From contig CATNEN010000002.1 in the NCBI GenBank assembly GCA_950097015.1, positions 4,030,001-4,094,000 on the forward strand: a DNA stretch of 64,000 nt. The letters run 5' to 3'. The stretch is from Macrostomum hystrix (Eukaryota; Animalia; Platyhelminthes). The notes beneath the pieces were generated by a model. It ran no database searches, was not told where the DNA came from, and saw only the letters and a program-made list of their open reading frames with translations. Made by a program: the position numbers and the translations under genes. This document shows positions 12,501-24,500 of the stretch, piece after piece; positions within the stretch are counted from its first letter, which is position 1; every line of letters begins with the position of its first letter.

Positions 12501-15500
12501 GCAATGCCTTAACTTCCAACGCAATTAGCCGGCCGAGGGTTTTGTGTGAGGTTGTGGTCTCTGTGACTCTGCTTCTACTGGGCATCTCGTCTCTATTTTA
12601 ATGACCCACTGAGAATGCAGCGTGAATGCAGGCTTGACTCGATCTCTGTCTTCTGTGGCCGAATCAAAAGCTTCAAAGGCATATAGCAAATAATAATAAT
12701 AAAGCGAGCTGAAAGAGCATAACAGTAGAATGAAAAGAAGAGTCCTATCTAGCCTTGTAGAGAAGCCATGAATTCGAAATTGAATGAGAGATACCAGCTG
12801 CATTATATTTAGCTGCGGAGTAAACTAAAAGCTTGAAGTTCATTACACCTTGAAAAACGACTAAAAACTGTGCGTGAGTTATTTTTTTACGCCGAATCAC
12901 TTCACTCACTCTAGATAAATCAGGCGCCCGTGACCGAGGACCTTGTCAGGCCACGTCTCGTAGCGTCTAGTCGAAGCGCAAGCGAGTTAGAGGCAGCTCT
13001 AGGTCGTCTTGGCGCAATGGCCCCTCCACCAGTTCCTGCACCGACATCGGGCGCTGCTGATCCACCGACAACGTCAGCTTCTCGACCGCAATGCCTTCCA
13101 GATGAAGCGCTAAGTATCAGTAGCGAAGTAGTCTCCACTCTGACTGCCAATCCAGATCGTACGGCTATATTGATTAATGGGCGTCAATTGTCAGCTTCGG
13201 ACCTGGCAACGGCCTCCTTATTGATGCTTCGTCCGAGCGACACTGTCACGCTAGATAGTGCACAGCAGCCAGCGGCTCGGTCGAATGAGATTCGTTTCCT
13301 GCGCAGCGACCCCAACGTCGACAGCGACGGTGACTGGAGTCGGCTTCGTCGAGTTTGGTGTCGCGTTGAGGCCGACACTCCGATCGTGCGCGACGGAGAG
13401 GCAACTCTAGCGACGGCCAACGAGCTGCACGTGATCGGACCGCAGCAGGAGGCCAAGGTGGGCGCCTCGCAGTGCTACAGCCCGGCTGATCAAGTTGTCT
13501 GCGTGTTTTCCCAACCTAATCAGCAGCAGCAACAAGTCGTTTGGGTCGATCCCTACGAGACTGTGCTTATAAATGACGCGCCACAGACTGTACAGCCTTG
13601 TCAACCAATGAGACTGGAGCCAGGCGACCGAGTTCGCTTTGTGAATAGCGCCGACCAATCAGTGAGGCCGACAGGGGGGACACAACCCAGACTGTTGGTT
13701 CCATTGGACTATCGCCGATGCCGTCGGGCCACTGTGGTGCCGCTAGATCGGGAAACTGTCGTCACTGTTAACTTCCGGTCTAAACTGTTGCGTCCAGGCG
13801 ATGCTCTTTACCTAGGCGACGGTGAGACCTACAGTCTTCAGGGTGCTACGCAGTCGCTGGCCAATGGGGACGCTGTGGTGTTCTGGAACACCCAAGAACA
13901 GTCTGAACGAACGCCTGAACGACCAAGTTTAGGCAGTACCACAATTGACGCTGTCCCAGCGGACGAGGCGAGAGCCATGACTGAGGAACAGATCAAGGAG
14001 CGCGTGAGCAGCATGCATGGAAAGGTAATTGTTGTTTCTCATAGCCCTTCATAGTCATCATTTTGCTTGCGTTCCCGCCTCGAATTCGCTGCAACCGTTG
14101 GGTATAAAATTTAGCTGGAAAAATGTTCGCAGTTAAATCTGACTATAGTTACAGGATTTACGCAGCTGCTAAACTTTCATGAGTTGGCCCACTTCCTGTT
14201 CTGGTTTGTATATTCATAAGCAGAGGAAGCAGGGCGTTCTTAATTCATACCCCATGCAGTAAAGTCATGTGATAATAAACATTCATCAGCACAGCCAATG
14301 CCAAGTAACTCTTAGTTCAGTTGGCAAGCAAATGTGTACAGCACAGACAGGCTAGTACACATGTAAATGTTCGCCAATAAATGGGGTAGATATGAAACTA
14401 AAGCAAAACACACTCCTTTAGTTCTGTGCGCTACAAACTTTAAAACTATTTCAAGCCTCACTTCAGTCTGATACCAGTTGTGCCTGTGCAGACACATCAG
14501 CCGCTTTACGCTCGTATATATACTTCATTAGAAGGAGGCCTGTTTCTTTAATCCAAAACGCAGCGCGGATCATAAGCCAATAGACTCCATGTTTCTCGAT
14601 CGCAGCTTTTCAACAGCCTCTGTTATTTTTTTATTTTCTTATATAAGGACATCTTAAACGAACTACGAGTTCTATTAGTGCCTGTTAAGTCTTCTATCCG
14701 ATTTTAGGTATGTTACTGTGTTTTGAATTTAGTAAATATATCCCAATTATAAATGCAAATTAGGTCTCCCAGCCGCCGCGATGAGTAATGTACAATGTAC
14801 ATTAATTTTCTAACCCCCTGCCTCAGTGTACATATACATCCACCCCACTCTGGCTGTACTCTATTTATTTAAGCCCTTGTCGGCCCGCTAATCTGTGATT
14901 GGTCAGTATTGTACTCGTGACTTCCTAGAAACGAAAACCCATTCCAAATCCGCAGATGCGCGCCAAAGAGGATGAGCTGAAGCGGACACTGACACGCCAG
15001 GAGGAGTTCAACGAACGCTTGCGCACTGTGGCTATGAGAATGGACTCAACCAAGCAGAGCTTAGACGGTCTGGATCCGCGCAGCGCCGTCTCGTTGGATG
15101 AGTGCACCACCGATCACGAGAATCTAATGATTGAAGTCGAAGTCATCAGCCAGGAAATTGACTCCCTAGTGCGTCTGGGCCTGGAACTCTGCGAATCGGC
15201 CAGTCGGGACGATGAAGAGGCCATGCAAAAGAGTCTAGCCGCCCTGCAGAAGAAAGAGAAATCATTGAAAGATCTGGCTGAGCAGAAAAAGAAAAAGATT
15301 TTACAGACTGGACGAGATCGCGAGCGACATCAGAATGCTCGCACTCGCCTGCTGGATGACACAGCCCGGCTAGAAGCATGGACTAGACAAGCTGATTCGC
15401 GCCTACTCCAGTCTGTTAACAGTGCGTCATCTTCCAGCGAGGCAATGGAAGCTTGCCGATTAATCAACGCTGAGTTAAACAGCCGTCTGCAAGAGCTTAG

Positions 15501-18500
15501 CGACGCGCAGGTGCATTATAACCAATTATGCGAGTTTGAATCCCCAGATGAACGAGAGCCATTAGAGCGCAGATTGCACGCGCTTCAAGGAGCCATGGAG
15601 GCGTTGAAGAGTGACTGTATTGAGCGTCAGGTAGCGCTACGAGAGGCATCTAAGGCCTCTGAGCGGGTGCCTTTGTCATCCGCGGTCACTTCCGGGGAAG
15701 ACGCGAGTAGCGACGCCGCTACGGTGGACAGACGGGTGCAGCAACACGCCGAGGCTGCTGAAATTGGCCGACAGAGGCGAGCAGCTGAAGAGGGCCTGGC
15801 CAGCGTAAGTGTTTTATTGAGCGGCTTGAGCCTAATTTAAGCCATTGTGGGCCAGTTACAATACAAGCCTTATCTTATTAATTATATTAATATTATTCGC
15901 CTATTTCTAATACATGTTAGCCTGCGAAGTGAGCCGGTGGAGTGAGAGGTGTGAAGAAAGCGAGATCAGTTTTTATTGCGTCCCTATCCGGAATGTACAC
16001 TAAGTGACCCCCACCCCAGCCTTATTGCCTATTGGTCAGCCCAAGCCAGACAGGGGGGTAGGGCTAGGGTGGTAGAGAATGTTCACTGCCCCTCGGCCTA
16101 TCTGGACCACTAAAAAACCCTTCAGGGTGTCAAGATAAATATAACGCCTCGTCAGGCGACCTTCCGAAAGCGAGCCTTAGGCTGGCAAGCCTATAACTAG
16201 ATAGATCCAGGGTAGTTTTTTATTTCCTTCAAGAGGAGCCTGAGGAAGGCGCGTGTCGTTTATTGCTAATTTAAACATGGACGACGCAGACACAAATAAT
16301 AACAAAAGCAAGCAACTTCTAGCAGATTCCAGTGCCAAAGAACAGTTACTAATCAACATTACCGACTTCGATTTAAATTTGCAGCGTCTGCAAAGCGGAA
16401 TTCAGGATCATCAGAATCTGATCCAGAGTCTTGGAAACGATGTTGAACGTCTGGAACTCACGGACGAGCCAGTCTATGACGATAGCGACGAATTGCAGGC
16501 CCAATTGGACGACCAGCTTAGCTCGATTTCGCGCCATATTCGAAGACGTCGCGACGAAACAGTTCAGGCTGTGGACTCTGGGGTAAGTTTTAGAGGCCTT
16601 TATATTAACTTAAAGTGTATTTCGTAAAGTTTGATAACAAAAATTTTTCATTTTTTCGCATCGTCTAAAATTCTAAATCGAACAGGGCGATAGCGACCAG
16701 ATTAGTCGCAATAGCAGTAACAGATCTGTTCTTAGAACAATGGCAGGTCTTTTGATTCTCGTAAGTCGCACGAGTTTTTAGCATGCAAAAATAGCGTCTG
16801 CGTTGGTAACATTGGTAATATTAAAGTTCAGAAATTATTTTTCTTTTCTATTAGGGTCAATTTTTTAATAATAATTTCAGCTTCTGCTGCTTCTGGTCAT
16901 CCTACCATTTATTCTGCTCACCTGTATGTTCTTGTCAGCCGACTGTCTGCTGACTGTCTATCAGCTATTGCCGCCGCGATCAGTCTACTGAGTTTTAGGT
17001 TCCTAAAATATTGGTTGAAATATGAATATTGAAGAGATTTAGTTAGAGAAAAATGCGTTGTCCCGCATGTGTATAAGATTGAAACTTGCCTTGGACTAAA
17101 TTATTGTGAAGCTTTGCTTGTCAGAAGATGGAACGGCGGAATCAGAATCTGAATGTACATTATTATTGTACTTATACATTTTCGACATCTTGCTCTGCTG
17201 TGACAGCCCCCCTGCTGTGACAACCCCCCTGCTGTGTACACCAAGTTGGGGGTGGCGGTCGGGGTTAGAACTTAGAGGTGTGAGGTGGCGCTGCCAATAT
17301 ATGTACATGGATTGTACAGTCCTGAACTCCTAAATATAGCCTTCCGTAAATTGAAATTATTATGCAACGCATGTACATTGTTCAGATTGTTCCATTTGGA
17401 ATTGTGTACACATTTACAGTTTGTTTGCTGTAAACAAAGCATAGTACAAAAATAGTTTTTTTTTCTTGCAAGATTTGATCCATTTGAGTGGTTTTGTACT
17501 TTTACGCAGAATATTGCTAACCCTGTACTGAGCTTTGCTGAGCAGCATGCGTGCATCATTAATCGATATTAACAACACTGATTGTTTCAGACTCGCCCAG
17601 CTTCCCTGCAGTCCGTGGATCCGTCTGACTCGCCAACCAGAGCAAGCCTAGAGCTAAACAATGCCTTATCCCAGCTGTCCGCAGCAATGGCCAGGCTTAG
17701 TCGCCAGCCGGCAGTGGACACTCAGCAACAGGCAGCTAGATCGCCGGGTCTACAAGAGCAGCAGAGGAGATTTCAATCGGCTTTGCTGGCTGTTTCAGCT
17801 GCACTGGATGGCACTGAAGGGCGCCTGTTCAGATCGCAGGTTGACTCAGCTGCTACATTAGACGTAAGTTCATGCGGCTTACGCATATGAGGGCCAACCC
17901 CAGAGGCAATCATGTACACGTCTGTGTGTGTGTGTGCTCAAGGTTCAGTGTAGGAACGTACGGAATCGCCATTCTGTCCGTGAGTCGTTATTCGGGTCGG
18001 TTTTTTCAAACAAGAAATCTGAATATATTTATTTCATTGCAGTCAATGTCGTTTCAATTCCTACACAGATTTCAGGTGAGGGAATTGATTCACCGTAATA
18101 ACAATCTGGGATTCACGCCTTCATATTAAAGAAAATTGTTCTAGTTTAAACCCCTGTTGCAAGTTTAAAACACCTAATTCAGAATATTTAAGAAGTATCA
18201 CTGCTCGTTTTTAAGCATGTGCACACGTGTTTTACGCAATTCAAAAAGGCTAAAGCTAACAATTTACTTCAACGTTTTGAACTCATTCACGTAATGTCCC
18301 TATTCCATTGACTATAGATTATGCCCGATCGCCCTACACAATGCCCTTCACAAACCCGAGCCCTAGACCCACCTCACAGCTCATACCTGTGCTTGGTTAA
18401 CCCTAGAACCTAAAATCAGCCACCTCAAACACTTGGTGTTTGGTTAACTTGGTTGACCAACAAACGCTTGGTTAACTCCAGCCCTAGAATCAGCCACCTC

Positions 18501-21500
18501 ACACACCTGTGCTTGGTTAACTCCAGCCCTAGAATCAGCCACCTCACACACCTGTGCTTGGTTAACCCCAGCACTAGAATCAGCCTCCTCACACACCTGT
18601 GTTGGGTTAACCCCAGCACTAGAATCAGCCTCCTCACACACCTGTGTTGGGTTAACTCCAGCCCTAGAATCAGCCACCTCACACACCTGTGTTGGGTTAA
18701 CTCCAAAACAAGCATTAATAAATCGCGCAGATTATACTCGAGGAGCTGTCGCGAATACGCGAACAATCCCAGCGACTGTCGGACGCCACGCCAGCCGTTG
18801 TCGGCGCCCTGGCCGGCGGGGAGATCGCCGCCGACGCCGCAATGGAAGCCGTCGCCGACCTCGACGGTCGTCTGAGCCTTCTCGAGCAGTGTGCCAGACA
18901 GAGGCAAGCCAGGCTTAGCGAGACTCAGCGAGAGTGGCGCAACTACAAAGATGAGATGGGCCAGGTCAGGGCACAGCTCGAGGCCAGCCGAAGGCAGTAC
19001 GAGGCGTCCAGGGACTCGGCTGCGCCCGTGGAGCAGCAGATGAGGGACAGTCAGGTAAGATGACGATTGGAGGACCTTGCGTACAAATAACAAAGGGGGG
19101 TTGTAGCCTAGTTATTAGAACGTCGGACTCATGACTTAATGGTCGGGGGTTCGATTCCCGACTCCACTAGTACAACTTGTGGATCTGGAGCCGAAATCGG
19201 AACAAAATCTTTGGCAAGACACTTAGCTACGCACTGCTTCAGTTCAGTTCAGAATATTAATTATTAGTAATCTTCTTTTAGAAATGAACTCTTTAGGAAC
19301 AATTTACGAACCCTTCAAAAACCCTTCAAGAACCCTCAGGAACCCTTTTGGAGCCTTTTAAGAACCCTTCAGCCTCACTTCACAAACCCTTCAAAAACTC
19401 TATTACGATTCTTGCACCGCACAAAAATTCTCCCCAGCTGCTGGAAGCCACTATTCGTCAATACGAAGCCAAACTAGCCGAACTCACCAGAAAGGGCGCC
19501 CGCATTCTGGAGCGAGCGCCGCAATTCCAGGAGGTCGAGCGCTCCGGCGAGTCGCAGAGCCTCCGCGTCGACTGGGAGGAGCTGCGGGTTCGGGTCACTG
19601 AACGGCGACAGGAGCTGCACAGAATCCAGACTAGCCAAGCCCAGTATGAGCAGATGCTGCACAGTTGGGCTGAGTACCTTGAGACTGCCGAGTCCAAGCT
19701 AGCTGAAGCTGCTCTGACAGCGGCTGATCCAACCGACGTTCGGCGTCAGCTGCAACAGCACCGGACCTTCTTCGAGGGATTGGAGACGCACGAGGCGATG
19801 CTGGAGCAGGTGGGTTGGCATTTTTGAGCCCAGATTTTTTTCGAACGCCTGTTTTGGTTGATAATTTGGTTTAAAAAAGTCGGGTCTAAAATAGTGTCCC
19901 ACTGGTGAGGGCGGTGGTGACTCTCGTGCCAAGGTCCCTAAGTTCGATTCCGCGGCGAGGCCACATTTATTTGGGGCGCAGCCGTGGAGAGAAGGCTTGG
20001 GGGCTTGTCGTGCAATTTAATCCCTTGCACAGTGTCAATCTCCAATGCACAGTGAGAGTGTACACTGCCTGACGATGAGAAAGTCAGATGTACACACCTG
20101 TGTGAGCGTGTGCCTGCGTACAGTATGCGCGTGTGCTCAGGCATATGGGCAGAACTGCCTTCTCGCTGGCTGCGGGTCTAGTGTCACCAAATGATGTGCC
20201 ATTGCCCGCAGCCCTCCTACAATTATTATTATTATTATTATATTATTATTATTACTTTCAGGCTCGACGCCGCCTGGACTCGCGCGACGCCAGCAGGCAC
20301 TCCGCGCAGCACGCCAGGCTGGGCCAGTTGGCCAGGGCTGTACATCAGGCTGCGGCCATGCGGGCCAATCAGCTGGGCAGTCTGGCGCAGGACTGGACTG
20401 ATTTAGAGGACCGGCTGGCCCAGCTTAAAGCCTGGGTGGCCGGCACTGAGGAGAAACTGGTTGAGATTCGGGTGAGCTGAGCGGCTTGTTGGGCAGGCTT
20501 TTTTATTGAATGTGGGCTTGATGCGTATCCGTGTAGCCATATCGGTTCATCCTCCGCCACCGCCGCAGTCGCAGCCATCAGCCTCTGATGACGCCGCCGA
20601 GGAGCGCCGTCTAGCATCGCTGAGCAGCCTGGCCGCCTCCCTGCGCGATCGGCGCTCCGCTGTCTTCCAACTCGTTGATCGCGGCCGTCGACTACTTCGC
20701 CAACTGGCCTGTCCGCGCCTGGAGACCGACCTATCAGACCTGGCCGAGCACTGGGTCCGGCTGTCCGACTCGGTCGAGGAGCAGCTCTCCACAGCCGAGG
20801 ATCGCCGTCTTGCTGGAGAACAGTTCAACGACAATCTGAATGTCATTGGCGACTGTCTTCGACAGGCGGAGCTTGAACTGGAATCCGCTGCGTCCAATGG
20901 CGTCAGCGGAGCCGCTGTTGACGAAGCCTCGCTGCCAGAGGTCCGCTCCAATCTGGACCGACTGTGCGGCGTCGCCCAACTGCTGGAGTCTCGCCAGCGA
21001 CAGCGTCGCCTTGTCCAGGATTTATCTGCGTCGCCTTCATCAACTTCGCCGTCGCGCCGAAGACGCGCCGAGGAAGCCGAAGCCGCCTGGACTGACTTGG
21101 AACGCCGGGCGCGCGCTCTTGAATCTCAGCTGAGGAGGCGAGAGCGCGACCTGACGCCGAGCCACGAGGCCCTGATGGGATTGCGCGACTGGCTGGCTGG
21201 CTTCGAGACACGTCTGGGCGACGCCAGGAGGCGAACCCTCCACAGCAGGGCCGAGGCAGAAGCCCTGGCTGCCGAGTTTCAAGTGAGTGGTGACTGCCGG
21301 GAGTGACAGACTGGTTTCTGGGGTGTCTTGATGGAGTGACAGACTGGTTGCTGGGGTGTCTTGATGGAGTGACAGAGACTTGTTGCTGGGTTGTCTTGAT
21401 GGAGTGACAGACTGGTTGCTGGGGTGTCTTGGTGGAGTGACAGACTGGTTGCTGGGGTGTCTTGATGGAGTGACAGACTGGTTGCTGGGGTGTCTTGATG

Positions 21501-24500
21501 GAGTGACAGACTGGTTGCTGGGGTGTCTCATTGTAATGATGTTTTCAATGCCTTCGTGAAGTGACTTAAAGAGTGGAGTTCAGGTTGTCTCCGTAAATAG
21601 TGAAAGGCGTGTTGAGCTGTGCTCACAATGCATCTAACCACCAGCCTTCAATCTTGTCACCTCAGTCACTTCGCGTGGAGCTGTCCACCCGGTCGCCCAC
21701 CCTGGCCTTCGTACGGGAATCCTTCGCCGAACTTCGCCTAGCCCAGTCGGACAGTCGCGAGTTCGAGACCCTGGCGAGAGTTGGCGCCAGTTTTAATCAA
21801 GCCGCAGATTCAACAGCCAGCATTGCCACCAGCCTGGAGGCATTCGTCCGGCAGTGGTCGGCTCTGGACAATCGCGGCTCCGCTCTGGCGGCAAGGCTCA
21901 GGGAGCTGGCGGCTCGGATTAGCGGGTTGGCCGAGATCGGGCACGAGGACAGCGCCAGGTTCGCTGCTAGAGAGGCTGAGGCTACTGGCTCGGATCTGGC
22001 TGGCCTGGAGCCTCAGCTGACTGCGCTGGAGGCCGAGGCCAGGCGGCTACTGACTGAGGAGGCCTCGTCCGGCTGCCTGGGCTGCGAAACTCTTGCGGTT
22101 AATCCGCAGGCTATGCGAGAGCTGCTGCAGAGCCTGGCTCAGGAGATGGCACTGCTTAGCAATAGGCTGACTCAGGTGAGTCGATTTTACCATACTTGGA
22201 TCAACTGACCCCCCTGGGGTCGTTTGACCCCTCCCTGGGTCGTTTGACCGATTTCTAGGGTCATTTGACCCTCCCTGGGGTCGTTTGACCCCTCCATGGG
22301 ATCGTTTGACCCCTCCCTGGGGTCGTTTGACCGATTTCTAAGGTCTTTTGACCTCGAATCTTTCGATTATTTTACCTTTACTCCAAATCTTGCACCGCAT
22401 CGCAGGTGAAATCTCGCCTAGCCAACGCCCTAGCCCAGTGGGAGACGCACAGCCGTGCCCAGCTGATGGCAACCCAGCTGCTAGCCGAGGTTGACTATCT
22501 CCTGGATCGTCACCGTCTTGCTAGCGGCGAACTTGCTTCCTTCGTAGCGTCCGTCGACCGACTGGCGGAATTATCCCGACGACTTCGCGCCGGCGAGGAG
22601 CTGGCCGAGCTGGGCCGATCAGCCGACATCCTGACGCGCCTGTGCGACCCGGCTGTGGGCCGCAGTCTGGAAGCCTCCCTGGCCGACCTGACGGCGCGTT
22701 GGCGAGCAGCCGCCGAAGCAGCCAACGAGCAGTCGGCTCAGTTAGCCAGAACTGCCAGCCAATGGAAGGCCTACATCGACGCAATGGACGAATGCGAGCG
22801 CTGGCTGGCAGAGCAGGAGCGACTGGCCGACCGGTTGATGCGCGGCGATGGAGGCTTCGCCACGCAGCCCTTGGATCCGGCCGCACTGATCAGCCGCTGT
22901 CGGACCCTTGACTCCGAGCTGGACGCTCCGCTGACAGCCCGGCTCAGACGTCTGGCTGAACTGCGCGGTGTCGGCGGCAGCGGCGGCCTGTCAGGCCGAA
23001 TGGAGCCGGCTGCGTTGGCGGCGATGGCGGCCGCCGAGATCGGCGTGGATCATCGAAGGTCGGCGCTGCGGTCTGTGCTGAGAAAGTTCCAGATGGAGGT
23101 GAGGATTTTTAGAAGTACTTATCCTGCGTGGATTCTGATTGATTTAACTTTTGTTTAGAGATTCAGAATACTTAGGATTCTAAATCCAGAAGTCCCAAAC
23201 ACTAGGATTCTAAATCCAGAAGTCCCAAACATTAGGATTCTAAATCCAGAAGTCCCAAACACTAGGATTCTAAATCCAGAAGTCCCAAACACTAGGATTC
23301 TAAATCCAGAAGTCCCAAACACTAGGATTCTAAATCCAGAAGTCCCAAACACTAGGATTCTAAATCCAGAAGTCCCAAACACTAGGATTCTAAATCCAGA
23401 AGTCCCAAACACTAGGATTCTAAATCCAGAAGTCCCAAACACTAGGATTCTAAATCCAGAAGTCCCAAACACTAGGATTCTAAATCCAGAAGTCCCAAAC
23501 ACTAGGATTCTAAATCCAGAAGTCCCAAACACTAGGATTCTAAATCCAGAAGTCCCAAACACTAGGATTCTAAATCCAGAAGTCCCAAACATTAGGATTC
23601 TAAATCCAGAAGTCCCAAACACTAGGATTCTAAATCCAGAAGTCCCAAACACTAGGATTCTAAATCCAGAAGTCCCAAACACTAGGATTCTAAATCCAGA
23701 AGTCCCAAACACTAGGATTCTAAATCCAGAAGTCCCAAACATTAGGATTCTAAATCCAGAAGTCCCAAACACTAGGATTCTAAATCCAGAAGTCCCAAAC
23801 ACTAGGATTCTAAATCCAGAAGTCCCAAACACAAGGATTCTAAATCCAGAAGTCCCAAACACTAGGATTCTAAATCCAGAAGTCCCAAACACTAGGATTC
23901 TAAATCCAGAAGTCCCAAACACTAGGATTCTAAATCCAGAAGTCCCAAACACTAGGATTCTAAATCCAGAAGTCCCAAACACTAGGATTCTAAATCCAGA
24001 AGTCCCAAACACTAGGATTCTAAATCCAGAAGTCCCAAACACTAGGATTCTAAATCCAGAAGTCCCAAACATTAGGATTCTAAATCCAGAAGTCCCAAAC
24101 ACTAGGATTCTAAATCCAGAAGTCCCAAACACTAGGATTCTAAATCCAGAAGTCCCAAACACTAGGATTCTAAATCCAGAAGTCCCAAACACTAGGATTC
24201 TAAATCCAGAAGTCCCAAACACTAGGATTCTAAATCCAGAAGTCCCAAACACTAGGATTCTAAATCCAGAAGTCCCAAACATTAGGATTCTAAATCCAGA
24301 AGTCCCAAACACTAGGATTCTAAATCCAGAAGTCCCAAACACTAGGATTCTAAATCCAGAAGTCCCAAACACTAGGATTCTAAATCCAGAAGTCCCAAAC
24401 ACTAGGATTCTAAATCCAGAAGTCCCAAACACTAGGATTCTAAATCCAGAAGTCCCAAACACTAGGATTCTAAATCCAGAAGTCCCAAACACTAGGATTC

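Noticed and set aside
15910-16200. Possible MITE in a nesprin intron
   Set aside because: I could not identify matching terminal inverted repeats or a target-site duplication
18357-18410. Telomere-like AACCCTAG fragments
   Set aside because: Part of the 45-bp minisatellite, not (TTAGGG)n tracts
19097-19166. Functional tRNA-Met gene
   Set aside because: Anticodon stem is unpaired, T-stem is 2 nt short, and it is followed by a SINE-type body instead of a poly-T terminator
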